This document shows positions 23,150-35,556 of a DNA stretch of 64,000 nt, in pieces (position 1 is the stretch's first letter; each line of letters opens with the position of its first letter). Below the pieces are notes generated by a model. It made no database searches. It had not been told where the DNA came from and was given only the letters and a program-made list of their open reading frames with translations. This DNA comes from Macrostomum lignano (lineage: Eukaryota), in contig NIVC01001424.1 of assembly GCA_002269645.1 (NCBI GenBank), forward strand, positions 228,062-292,061, given 5' to 3'. Position numbers and translations under genes: made by a program.

Positions 23150-25203
23150 TCTCTACCTATAAAAATCAAAACTTTGTCTGTCTGTCTGTCTGTCTGTGGA
23201 CAAATTACTTCGCTATGGACTCCCAAACCGCTCAACCAAATGACACCAAACTTTACACCCACCCTAAACTTACTATGGAGAATGTCTTAGGCTACCTTTA
23301 AATTTCCTAAATTTGAGTCTTCCTGCCTAAAAGTGCAAAAAACTGCTTAAAATGCGCAATTTTTTCACTAAATCCTCCATAGCGCCGCTCCACTTCTATG
23401 GATTCTCTTCAAATTTGACACAGACAATTTTCAACTATTTTGGCACAATCATGTAAAATTTTGAATCTCAAAGTTAATCCTGAACGGCGCTGTGCACTTT
23501 TAAAGTTAGGCTGTTTTTTTCAGCGAGGCAGCCACCCGAACCTCCGCCCGCCTGCCTCTCTTTCCTGATCTGGGCAAAGGGTGTGAATAGGTTTTAAAAT
23601 GCCTAACTTTCGGCTGCCATAGTTTTGCTCCACATGAAGCGATGGACTTCAAATTTGACACAATTTTTCATTGACTCATTCTCTGCCTACATGTAAAGTC
23701 TCAACTCTGTATCTCAATCAGGACAGAAACTGTAAGCATATGAAGTTTGTCTGCTTTTTCTGTTGTTTGTGCCGCTCACTCACTCATTCCCCCAGCTCAG
23801 ACGAAGGGTCAGACGATAGGACTGAATGTACATAGCAAATGTACAGTGTTTTGGAATAACTTTATTTATAGCCTTCTCTGCACCCCGAGAGTGGAGAGGC
23901 TACGTTTAGCCATGACAGTTTAGTGAGAAATTCTAACCACTGCGCAGCTGCCCTCCCCTCTGTATTGGCAAACTCTGCAGCAGTTTAACAGTGGATGGCA
24001 ATTGACAAATCGAGGGAATCCAGCAAAAAAGCGAAAGCGAAAAGCGGTTTGTAAAAGCGAAAGATTTATGAAAAGGAGATGCGATGCAATGCACAATGCA
24101 ATACAACCCTACTAAATTAGCACACCATGGAAATTTTAGGTTTCTTTTGAAGGTAGTGTGTAAATTTTAAATGGCCTTCTAAGAAATGCGTATTTCCTTG
24201 GTTGTTAGACTGTGCAGACTGCAGTGGAGCTGAAAATACAAAAATGCCTTTCAGGGCTGCAAATTGGCAAGAAAGATGACGTGATCAAAGCATGAGAACA
24301 ACGATCAGAGTAGTACATCCCACAAACTGGCTTTTGAAACAGGGATCGGCAGACTTTTTCTTTCAAAAGCCAGAAAAAGAATCCAGCTTATGTGCGGGCC
24401 AGATGAGAGTGGAAAGGAGAAGGAATAGACTATTAGAAGAGAGGAGAGGCGAGAGGTGGATAAGAGAAAACATGGAAGATAAGAGGAGACACAAGTGGTG
24501 AGGAGAGAGCAGAGAAGAAGGGAGGAAGAAGCGAGAGGAGGGGAGAAAGGAGGGAGAGGAAAGAGTAAATGTGAGAAGAGGGGAGAGATGAGACAGAGGA
24601 TCGATGAGAGGAGAATAGAGAAGAATGAGAAGAGAAAAGATACGAGAGAGCAGAAAGAAGATGACAGAGGGTCAAGAGGAGAGGAGAGATTAGAGAGGAG
24701 AGAGTAGAAAGGATAGAGAAGAGAGGAGATAAGAGGGGGAGAGAGGAGTGAGAAGAGAAGAGATAGAGATAAGAGAGGGGTGTAAGAAGAGGGGAGAAAG
24801 GAGAGATGAGACAAATGAAAGGAGAGATGAGAGAGTAAAGATGAGAGATGAAAAAGGTGAGAGGAGAGTGCAGAGAGACAAGAGAAGATAATAGAGGAGA
24901 GAGAGTATAGAAGAGGGAAGAGAAAAGAAGAGAGGAGTAAGGAAAGAGAGGAGTCAGAAGAGGTGAAAGAGAAGAGTACAGAGGAGATAAGTGAGAGAAC
25001 GTATTAGAGAGTAAAGATGACAGATGAGAGAGCAGAGATGAGGGTGAACAGACGAGAGATGGGAGAGTAGAGAGAACAGAGGAGAGATAAGAGAGAAGAG
25101 ATTACAGAGACTAGAAGAGAGAGGAGAGACAGGGAGAGAGAAGAGGAAATAGGAGAATGAAGAGGGGAGAGAGTAGAGAGGAGAAAAGAGATGGGAGAGG
25201 AGA

Positions 25204-25284
<81 letters not shown>

Positions 25285-26213
25285 GAGAGAGAGCGCAGAG
25301 CAGAGAGAAACGAGAAGAGATAAGAGAGAAAAGATAAAAGAAGAGAAAGGAGAGATAAAAACGCAGACAAGAGAGAAGAGAGGTGAGGGAAGAGACAAGT
25401 GACGAGGGGAGAGAGAAGAGATAAAACAAGAAAAGAGATGAGAGGAAAGAGAGAGAGGAAAGAGGTGAGAGAAGAGACGAGAGAAGAGGGGAGAGAGGAG
25501 AGAGAGAGGAAAGAGGAGAGAGGAGAGAGGAGAAAGTTAAGAGAAGAGAGAAAAGAATAGAGAGGAGAAGGAAGAGACGAGAGAAGAGGGGGAGAGAGGA
25601 GAGAGAGGAGAAGAGAGAAAACGAAAAAGTAGAGAGGAGAGAGGAGAGGAGAGAGAAAAGAAAAGGGAAGAGATGAGATAAGTGATATGAAAGAGAAGAG
25701 AGATGAGGGAAGATACAAAAGAAGATAGGAGAGAGGAGAGGAGAGAGAAAACAAAAGAGTAGAGAGGAGAGAGGAGAGAGGAGAGAAGAGAAAAGAGACA
25801 AAAGATAAGAGAGATGAAAGAGAAGAGAGATGAGGGAAGATATGAGAGAAGCAAGGAGAGAAGAGAAAGGAGAGACGAGGGACGAGAGAGAAGAGAGGAA
25901 ACAGAAGAGACGATAGAAATTTTAAAGGATCCAAGGGACATAGGGAGAGTCAGGGAGAGGCCAGAGTTTGCCAATACATGTTTTAGAGTCAGACAGACAT
26001 TGCCTGACATTCTGTGAAGTACCCCAGCCAACAATATCAATGTTTGCTTCAAATCCTAATTTTACACGAATGTGTCCATTTTATGTCTACCTCTATCCTG
26101 CTAACTATTAACAAGTTTTTGTTTGTGTATGACCTTAGGTTTCAGAATACATGCAAAAGTAGTTCCGGGATTGGAATTCCCCGGGTTCAAAATCCGTGGG
26201 TTTCAACAGCTTG
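23150..26213 (+). mobile_element. Nested Lep1-like non-autonomous Helitron
   Basis: A|TCTCTACCTATAAAAATC head, (CTGT)n, CCCAAACCGCTCAACC block; GC-rich subterminus then CTTG|T (degenerate CTAG); the 3' end is inferred. Confidence 0.6.
24340..25980. mobile_element. Nested hAT-Charlie-like MITE containing a ~1.5-kb polypurine (GA-rich) tract
   Basis: Left CAGGGATCGGCAGACTTTTTC resembles MER58/Charlie ends; right AGTTTGCCAATACATG; shorter relative at ~61982-62239. Confidence 0.6.
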
Positions 26214-27442
26214 TACACTATATATATACAATATATAAAGTTAAACGTGAACAATTGAATTTGAATATTGATTAAACCAACTAGTTGAGGCTACAGCCTA
26301 GCCTACAGCCAGGCCTACACTCTACAGCCTACATTAAAATTAAAATATCCAATAACTTTTAAACGCTCTTATTTTGTGACTCTTGTAGACTTTTAGTTTA
26401 TTTGTTTCTTGAAATATGAAGAAAAAGTTTTTGATACTCACTATGTTCTTTGTAGCAAATTTCCTTTTTTTATATAAACTTTGTTTAAGGTAAGTAGAAA
26501 ATTTATTTAAAAATAGTATCTAATACAGTATACACAATTTTCGGCGTACATGATTTTTGGTATTCAAGATTTTTGGCATGCAACAGAAACGTCATGTTAA
26601 GGTTTTAAAAAATTGGCGTACATAGGCGTGCACCAAGGATTTTTCTATAAATTGATTCCCGCGTGCACTTGCCACCTTCCTGACTATGGATAACAAGGAT
26701 AGCAATAAGCATTATTATCATTGGATAGAGCTCATTACAAAGCTTATAATAGCCAGCCAATTACATTTACCTAAAAACGCTACCTTCAATATTTGTAACC
26801 ATAGTAGCCTATAACTTTTTTCTCATTAATTAAAATATTTTAAATATTGCAATAAACAAAATTATATTTACAGAAAATGATATATTATAATAATTTCTTT
26901 TATTAAGTAACTTTAAATATCTCATTATGAAAAATTAGCTTTATAAGCTATAGCTATACTTTCATTTTTTTTCAAAAAGTCATTTTTTCTGATGGTAAAC
27001 AAAACCCTAGCTCTAGCAATAGTGCTTTTTAGAAGCTTAATAGCCTTGCTTTGGAATTTTACTTAGGTCTATTGAATCTATAGGCTTAGTTTATTTTAAT
27101 TTATCATTCTAGTTCAGTTTTATAGGTAGAGATTTTTCTATTATAATTCCAATGTGGATTTTAAATTTTATTTATTGTCTCTAAAATGAAAATTATACTA
27201 AAATTGGAAATTGTACTATAATCTAAATTATGCTGAGTGCATGCCTGGACAAAAATAGAATAATTATAAATGCACACCAAAAAATTGAGTGTATACCCAT
27301 TCTCAAAACTATACTGGCATTGTGACAATAAATGACCTTTTTGAATTGCATAATAGATCCTTTGTTGGCATACAATTTAGTTAATTTTTCAATTGTCTTT
27401 GTCTTTGGCAATACTAAAAGGGGCTTACTCATTATAAAAAAT

Positions 27443-27726
27443 GGCAATGGCTAGAGTTCCGGCACTGGAACCTATTTTCTAATGGCTACGGATCCGGCAG
27501 TGCCATTATAATATAGATAGAACATTATATTTTTCTTTCTACATGTGGCTGATATTGAGATTTTGTTCTAGATTAAAATTTAAGACAATATGATAAGATT
27601 CAGGACGAGATGCTTCTAATATCCAGACTTCTTAAGAATTAGCAGTCTTTATATGCTTTTATACTGCATTGCTGGATCCCTAGCTGTTAGAAAACAGGTT
27701 CCGGTGCCGGAACTCTAGCCATTACC
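27443..27726. mobile_element. MITE with GG termini and a 9-bp TSD (MULE- or Merlin-like)
   Basis: ~60-bp TIR GG(C/T)AATGGCTAGAGTTCCGGCAC..; TSD ATAAAAAAT at 27434-27442 and 27727-27735. Confidence 0.85.
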
Positions 27727-28043
27727 ATAAAAAATTGATGCATGCAAAAATTTGTTTAATGATTTGTTTAAAAAACTAGAATTTTTTGCTTAAAAATGAA
27801 CTTTTTATATCCTTTTTTACTTTACAATAACTCTTACTCTTTCATGTGATTCTATAAAGTGTATGCTAGATGTGCATGCCTACTTTTGGTATATGAGGCC
27901 AATGTACACCCAAATTTTTGGGTGCATATTGCATGATTCAGAGTATTGATTATATCATATAAATCATGTCTATTATATCGAACAAAGTCAAAAGTCTTAG
28001 CCAAGGCCTAGATAAAAAATATCAAATTTTAGAGGCCTAGGCA

Positions 28044-28353
28044 CATAGTCAGGATAATATACATTATGCCAAAAATTTCTGGCGTACAATTGGCATAAAA
28101 ATGAGGCAAAATATATTTGGCATACCTTTTGCGTGACGCCATGGTATAAATAAGTTGTTGGCATAACGCCGTAGGCCTAACCTTAGAATCTTACTATAAA
28201 ATCGTAAAAACCGTAAAACTCATAAGATGAAAGTTAATAACTATTCGCCTGGCGTAACTTCCTAGGACCTTGGCATACATTTTAGTATAAAGTGGCATAG
28301 ATTTTTTAGGGGACTTTTATTTTAGCGTATACCATGACATGATCCTGACTATG
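28044..28353. mobile_element. Short MITE related to the 22950-26689 element
   Basis: CATAGTCAGGAT...ATCCTGACTATG termini; TSD only partial. Confidence 0.6.
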
Positions 28354-28392
28354 GGTTAGGCCTATGCTGCCTATTCAAATATATCATATTTA

Positions 28393-28845
28393 GGCAATCC
28401 TACACTTCCGTTCGGTAAATTATTTTCACATTTGAATTCGTACCACCAAGTCAAATGACGTCGATTGGCAATGTGTCTATGGCCAAAAGTTTGAGCGAAT
28501 AGAGTTTAAAAGGGTGCAAACTATTCCAAACTAAACTATAGTCTAAACCATAGACTATTTGGCTTCTGACTGAGCCATAGATATTTTTTCCAGTCGGAAG
28601 CACACTTGTCGACAACGTCGTCTGTATCCCCAATGTCCATTTGGGGCTATCCTGTACTGGATTGGACATTACTATCCATTGTAGACACCTTAATGACCTG
28701 CAGACACACTCTAAGTGACTATGCACTCTAACAGACTGCTACCATGCTCCACTGTTTCAGTTTTGTTTGGTTACATTGTTATTTAACACACCTGTTCAAA
28801 ATTCAAATGTCAAAATAATTTACCAAACGGAAGTGTAGGATTGCC
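28393..28845. mobile_element. MITE with GG termini and an 8-bp TSD
   Basis: ~45-bp TIR GGCAATCCTACACTTCCGTT(C/T)GGTAAATTATTTT; TSD CATATTTA at 28385-28392 and 28846-28853. Confidence 0.85.
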
Positions 28846-30013
28846 CATATTTAAATTACAAAGAGCTTGCGTGCACAGTAGCCATTCACGTAAGCTAAGA
28901 ATTGCATGCATAGTGGCATTGGTGGCTATCTACCTAGTGCTTTATTTGTGTGTATGCAGCCGTCCACCTAGTGTTGTAATTGCGTGCACGGCAGCTGGCA
29001 ATTGGCCGGGACTGGGGCCCTTAAATCCACGCATTGGCATTGGCAAACCTAATTAAAAAATATTTGATAAACTGTTTTATAATGTTTTATCCCCTGTACA
29101 CCATGGACTGCAGATGTAATCTTAATTCATTGTTTTTTTGTTAACTAGAATATTAATTTGAATAGTATATGACTTACTGTATAAGCCGATAAGATATAGC
29201 TCTGCCATGCATGCAATTCTAAGCTTACAACTTTTACGTGAACGGCGGCCACGCACGCAAGCTCTTCATTTAAATTATTAACTAAGAACACAAAAAATTA
29301 TGATTTAGAAAGACTAACTAAAGAAATAAAAAAGAAATAATAAAAATTATATTTGAATAGTAACAAGAAGACAAGCTAGACTAGCTAGGCACTAGCCTAG
29401 AACAAAATATTTCAGACCTCAAGGCTCAAGCTAGTAAAATAACTTAGCAAAGGAAAATATAGAATTCACACGCTAAGAGGAGGGAATCAGCAATCAGGAG
29501 AGAAAAACAAAAACAAAAAGAATAATACAAACTGGAACTAATAGGTGATACTGATGCAAAACAACAGTGATATAGGCCTACTTTTCTTTCTGAATGTAAA
29601 CAAACGTTCAATTATCGAAGATAGTTAGGCGTGTAGTCGTAGAAATGTGCCAACTTAACACTAATCATGAATGAAGTCCTATGGCCAATTGCAAAAACGG
29701 TTACAAAAACTGCTGAATAATGCTGATTGCTTAGTAGGGAGGTTAAATATCTATTTAGTCTGACAAACGGTCGTGTTTTCGACGAAACAAGCAATTTCAT
29801 AGCGTGTCATCTTTTCGTTTTGAATTTGCGCCGGTAGATTGTTCAAAAACAGTTTTGTTATAAACATAAAAAACTTGTTTAACTGATTGGCTAAATGCAA
29901 ATTAAAGCTGTTGTCATAGTAGGCGCGTCGATTTGAAAACTTCTTCCAACTACATTTTATTGCTCTTCGAATCTCTCTCTTCAAGCGTAGCGAGTTAAAT
30001 CTTCGCCACTGCA

Positions 30014-30329
30014 ATGAAACCCAAGACAGTAGATCGGGCTGAGGCTGCGCGACAGAAGGCTTTCACGACTCAGGCACTACAGCGTAATGTCAATGTTGGC
30101 GCTCCACCAAGATCTGGTGCTTTTCAGGAAAAATGTCGGTCCCAGCCAACACAGTTTAGGAAGTTTTATGAGCGCGGTGATTTTCCGATCGCTCTAGAGT
30201 TTGACACAAAGGGCAACAAGATTGCGTGGAAGGTTGAAATTGAAAAGCTTGATTATCACCACTATCTTCCCCTCTTCTTCGAGGGACTGGCAGAGACGGA
30301 GCATCCATATGAATTCTTTGCCAGACAAG
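30014..30329 (+). CDS. PACRG: Parkin co-regulated gene protein, exon 1
   Basis: [48 protein letters not shown]; G|GTAATT donor in phase 1. Confidence 0.95.
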
Positions 30330-30687
30330 GTAATTATTGATTCCATAATCAAGGCTCTTTCTAGTTATTTACTTTCAGCACACAAATTTAAAAATCTGTT
30401 TCAAGAGATCGTTTTCAGTTTTTTTTAACATGAAATTTACCAACAAATTCTTTATTTGGCCTTGATTATTTCTTGATTGAATGCACAAAGTTAAAAGTTA
30501 TTCATTATATGCTTTATATTTGTATTTCAGTGTCTAAAACTTTGAAGGGCTGTCATAAATTGAATTCACAGAAAAGCCATTAATATATTAGTATTTCAAA
30601 ACAACAAGTAGACAATTTTAGAAATATTTAAAAACAAATTTTTCACTCAAAAGACATTACTCAGCAAATTGATTCGTTTTCAACCAG

Positions 30688-30788
30688 GCGTGCACGACAT
30701 GCTGGAGCACGGCGGATCGAAGATTCTCCCCGTAATCCCTCAGCTGATTATCCCGATCAAGAACGCTCTGAACACAAGGAATCAAAAG
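30688..30788 (+). CDS. PACRG: Parkin co-regulated gene protein, exon 2
   Basis: (G)[33 protein letters not shown]; CAG acceptor, GTGCGG donor. Confidence 0.95.
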
Positions 30789-30822
30789 GTGCGGTTTTCT
30801 AATTATATCATGCGATAAATTG

Positions 30823-30836
30823 GTTGCCATGACGAC
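30823..30836 (+). promoter_or_regulatory. X-box (RFX)-like motif GTTGCCATGACGAC in PACRG intron 2
   Basis: One mismatch to GTHNYY-AT-RRNAAC; located in an axonemal gene. Confidence 0.4.
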
Positions 30837-30877
30837 AAGTTTTAATAATTCAATTGCCCACCTAAATTATCGTCCAG

Positions 30878-31162
30878 GTGTGCTGCACCGTGCTGAAGGC
30901 TCTGCAACACCTGGTTGTGTCAGCCGACATGATTGGTGAGGCGCTGGTGCCCTACTACCGCCAGATCCTGCCCATCCTCAACGCCTTCATCAACAAGAAC
31001 GAGAACCTGGGCGATGGCATCGACTACAGCCAGCAGAAGCGCGAGAACCTCGGCGACCTGATCCACGAAACGCTCAACGCCTTCGAGATTCACGGCGGCG
31101 AGGACGCCTTCATCAACATCAAGTACATGGTGCCCACCTATGAGTCCTGCATGCTGCAGTAA
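30878..31162 (+). CDS. PACRG: Parkin co-regulated gene protein, exon 3
   Basis: [59 protein letters not shown]; TAA stop. Confidence 0.97.
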   Translation: MCCTVLKALQHLVVSADMIGEALVPYYRQILPILNAFINKNENLGDGIDYSQQKRENLGDLIHETLNAFEIHGGEDAFINIKYMVPTYESCMLQ

Positions 31163-32071
31163 TTTCTGAAACAATTCTAAAGAAATGATTGTGTCTGTCC
31201 CCCTCTTGTCTTAATAATCCTTGTTCTCTGAGCGGTTCGGGATTTCCCCGCCCGAAATCGAACCACCGACCCCTGCCCTCCACGTTCTTATAACTTTATA
31301 ACTTTTGTATCTCCGCGTCAACGGATGACAATGTTCGATATTTAACGTAAAAACATTTGAAAAAGCTTACGGTTCTGGCCTCTAGTGCCTTCGTGTTCGT
31401 GCATAACCATGTAATTATTTAGCGTAGGTAACTATGAATTTTCCCTGATGAAGAAGTTTTTCGTCCTTTGAAACCGAATTCGCATGGAAAGTCAATATAT
31501 AATACTCTTATACTACTATAAGTAGCGCAGACAGTTATAGATTTCTGTAAATTCTTTCCAATAGAAATGTTAATTGGTTCTGGATTTATCGATCTTTGAT
31601 AGCAAAGTTTGAGGAATGTTAATCAGTTTATACGCTCGTAATTCTTCGAATTTTCATATGGACACACGGATTCAATTGAGGCTCCTTAATAAAGTTGTAT
31701 TGTTATAATTAATCGTTCCTAATTTTTAGACTCGGCTTACATTCACTTCGTTCCAGAACTACAGGCAGTTGCTAATTTGCAGAATTCTGTATTTTCCTGT
31801 ACTCTTTCTCTTAAAATAACTTTTTTTATTTTAGCATGCAGAATTTATCTTTATGGTAAAATTTATAGCTAACATTATGTTCAACTAATACACGATAAGC
31901 CTGTGGGAGCAGCGGTTTAAGTTTACCCCAACAAAATATTTGCTGCGAGATTGTTTAAGCTCTAATTTTGAACAAGAAATGCATGGAAACACAATGGCCA
32001 AGTGCTTTGTTAAAGATTTTGTTTTGTCTTTTTGCGTTCCTTTTGATGTCGCAATAAATAGAAATTTGCGA

Positions 32072-32840
32072 TACTGTACATCAGGGTGAATTAGATATAC
32101 TGTACATCAGGGTGAATCAGATATACTGTACATCAGGGTGAATCAGATATACTGTACATCAGGGTGAATTAGATATACTGTACATCAGGGGGAATCAGAT
32201 ATCTGTACATCAGGGGGAATCAGATATACTGTACATCAGGGTGAATCAGATATACTGTACATCAGGGGGAATCAGATATACTGTACATCAGGGGGAATCA
32301 GATATACTGTACATCAGGGGGAATCAGATATACTGTACATCAGGGTGAATCAGATATACTGTACATCAGGGTGAATTAGATATACTGTACATCAGGGGGA
32401 ATCAGATATCTGTACATCAGGGGGAATCAGATATACTGTACATCAGGGTGAATCAGATATACTGTACATCAGGGGGAATCAGATATACTGTACATCAGGG
32501 TGAATCAGATATACTGTACATCAGGGTGAATCAGATATACTGTACATCAGGGGGAATCAGATATCTGTACATCAGGGGGAATCAGATATACTGTACATCA
32601 GGGTGAATCAGATATACTGTACATCAGGGGGAATCAGATATACTGTACATCAGGGGGAATCAGATATACTGTACATCAGGGGGAATCAGATATACTGTAC
32701 ATCAGGGGGAATCAGATGTACTGTACATCAGGGGGAATCAGATATACATGTACTGTACATCAAGGGGAATCAGATATGCTGTACATCAGGGGGAATCAGA
32801 TATACTGTACATCAGGAGGCATCAGATACTGTACATCAGG
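32072..32840. repeat. 26-bp minisatellite (GATATACTGTACATCAGGG(G/T)GAATCA)n
   Basis: 26-bp period read directly. Confidence 0.96.
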
Positions 32841-33262
32841 GACCCCTTTTTCCGTGATGTACGAGCTATCTATCAAATATTTTTACTAATTATTAAGTAT
32901 AACCATTTTAATATTAATGTATTAATTATTGAACTATTGTGAACCTCATTTCTTCCACATCTGCACTCTACTATCGCAGCTAGAGACAATTGTATTTGAG
33001 CACGTCAGGAGGGGGCGTAATGCGTGAACAAAGTGGTCTTGACCTGTCCTACATGTGTAGCAGCCAAATGACGTCACCTGCATAGGCGCGCCGTGATTGG
33101 CTAAAAATATAAGATTGTGCGACGTCCTATATAAGACCTACATGTAAGGAAGGGTTTGTTGCACAACGCGTGACGTGACCAAACAGAAAAAATCTTGCGG
33201 AAATAGGGGTCAAAAACAAAATAAGGGACGACTCGCGTGGGCTTAAAAGTATTGAGGTGGGT

Positions 33263-33560
33263 ATTAATAACAAATAATTAACTACACCTGTCGCTAATGG
33301 GCAGATATGCAACCGACAGCTCAGCCGCAGCTATTGCGCGGCGCATCTGAAGGCTGCGTACGGCTGTTCAGTCCAAGGACTGGGGGGTCACCACACACCC
33401 TCAATTACCCCAACCAATTCTGGCACTCATTTTACAGCTGGGTGAACTGAAGCAATGCAGAGTTGTGTTATCTTGCTTAAGTGGATGGGTCGAGTGGGTC
33501 GAGAATCGAACCTCCCACCTTTCAGTCGGGGACCGACGCTCTAGCCACTAGGCTGAAACC
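33263..33560 (-). mobile_element. tRNA-headed SINE, copy 1
   Basis: Minus strand: A-box-like CAGCCTAGTGG, B-box GGTTCGATTC, central CAGCTGTAAAATGAG block and shared 3' body. Confidence 0.85.
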
Positions 33561-34154
33561 ATCGAAGTGGTTATAAGGGGTGAGTCATCTTGGCCCCAAC
33601 CCAAGCCCCAAATTATGATAAAACTGCATGCCCCATATCTAACTTGTGACTTTATCCTTTATCCAAATAATATTGATTAATATTCATGGATCAATAATTT
33701 GTTGTTTATAGTTACCTATAACAAACAGGCACTGGTACACATCATTATAGCTAATTTCACTACAGTAATGAATTATTTAACCCAAGTATTGTACTGTGTG
33801 TTCAGCTTCTCCGATGAAGTCGTGTCTACCGATCGACATTGGTTATTAACACATTTACTGACATAAATTAAAATCGAAATACCTCAAACGTGCAAATTTA
33901 AATATATTTGCTGTGTTTTTCATATTTTGCGAATTTCTAAAAATTAGCGTCAATATCACGTAGCGAAATCACTGGAATGGTTCTCCAGTAAAATACCGAT
34001 CCCCATCACTGCGTAGTTCGAAATGAAACTGCGAAGTAGCTTCTACCTAGCTTGATGAAAAAATCTATATTTAAAAAAAATGAAATTCTTGCGAATCAAG
34101 CTGGAAAACTACCTCTTTGGAATTCACATTAATTCACTGACTCCAACTGGACCC

Positions 34155-34483
34155 ACCGCTGTGCTAAATTCTGAGATTCCAGCTGTGCTAAATGCTGAGA
34201 TTCTAGCTGTGCTAAATGCTGAGATTCCAGCTGTGCTAAATGCTGAGATTCCAGCTATGCTAAATGCTGAGATTCCAGCTGTGCTAAATGCTGAGATTCC
34301 AGCTGTGCTAAATGCTGAGATTCCAGCTGTGCTAAATGCTGAGATTCCAGCTGTGCTAAATGCTGAGATTCCAGCTGTGCTAAATGCTGAGATTCCAGCT
34401 GTGCTAAATGCTGAGATTCCAGCTGTGCTAAATGCTGAGATTCCAGCTGTGCTAAATGCTGAGATTCCAGCTGTGCTAAATGT
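34155..34483. repeat. 24-bp minisatellite (GCTGTGCTAAATGCTGAGATTCCA)n
   Basis: Gives the AVLNAEIP period in the ORF track. Confidence 0.95.
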
Positions 34484-34619
34484 GTAAAGAGGATGCGAAG
34501 AACTTAAGAGTCAAAATGAAGCCCGAAAAAATTTGGAGCAAATATCTCCCGTTATGCCTAAAACCGACCACTTTAGCATTTGGGGATCTCTGTGGGGAGA
34601 AAAGAGATAAATAGGGATA

Positions 34620-35187
34620 AGACAGTAGGACAGTAAGACAGTAAGACACTAAGACACTAAGACACTAAGACACTAAGACACAAAGACACAAAGACACAAA
34701 GACACAAAGACACAAAGACACTAAGACACAAAGACACAAAAAACACAAAGACACTAAGACACTAAGACACTAAGAAACTAAGACACTAAGACACTAAGAC
34801 ACTAAGACGCTAAGACACTAAGAAACTAAGACACTAAGACACTAAGACACTAAGACAGTAAGACACTAAGAAACTAGGACACTAAGACAGTAAGACACTA
34901 AGACACTAAGACAGTAAGACACTAAGACAGTAAGACACTAAGAAACTAGGACACTAAGACAGTAAGACACTAAGACACTAAGACAGTAAGAAACTAAGAA
35001 ACTAGGACACTAAGACAGTAAGACACTAAGACACTAAGACAGTAAGACACTAAGACAGTAAGACACTAAGACACTAAGACAGTAAGACACTAAGAAACTA
35101 GGACACTAAGACAGTAAGACAGTAAGACACTAAGACACTAAGACACTAAGAAACTAAGACACTAGGACACTAAGACAGTAAGACAGT
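34620..35187. repeat. 8-bp microsatellite (GACA(C/G)TAA)n
   Basis: Tandem octamers with point variants. Confidence 0.95.
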
Positions 35188-35556
35188 ACGCATTTTTACA
35201 GTTTACGAGTAAAAGGTGATGCATCGATGCAGAAGCAATGAAGCCATGGATTGTTTATGAAAACATGCGATACAATGGGGTTCACGCCATGTGACACGCA
35301 AAACACTTGATGCAACGCAAATCGCCACAACACCAAACAGGGGAGAATGTTGAAATGACAAAACGGATTTCCGTTCTGAGTGCTGCAAGCCTTCAAAAGA
35401 TTTAGCGCACTTGTTTATTTAGCTGCCGATCTCGTGCGAGAGACGCTGGGGTCAAAGTGTCAGGACTGCAATAAATGGCTGAATTTCTCATTTTAGAATT
35501 CGACTGTACAATATAGCAGAGCTGCAGCTTGAAGGGCTGGAAGCCTAGCTGGCATG

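Larger units (their letters stand above)
22950..26689. mobile_element. Non-autonomous TIR transposon (hAT- or P-like) with nested insertions
   Basis: TIR CCATA(C/G)TCAGGAAGGTGGC; exact 8-bp TSD ATAACAAG at 22942-22949 and 26690-26697. Confidence 0.85.

Noticed and set aside
24305-26052. Long Leu/Ser/Phe and Arg/Glu ORFs
   Set aside because: Translations of the polypurine/polypyrimidine tract
29612-30014. Short minus-strand ORFs upstream of PACRG as a possible parkin first exon
   Set aside because: No ubiquitin-like or RING similarity recognisable
34080-34487. 135-aa AVLNAEIP-repeat ORF
   Set aside because: 24-bp satellite in frame; no transcript evidence and part of the foldback-like structure
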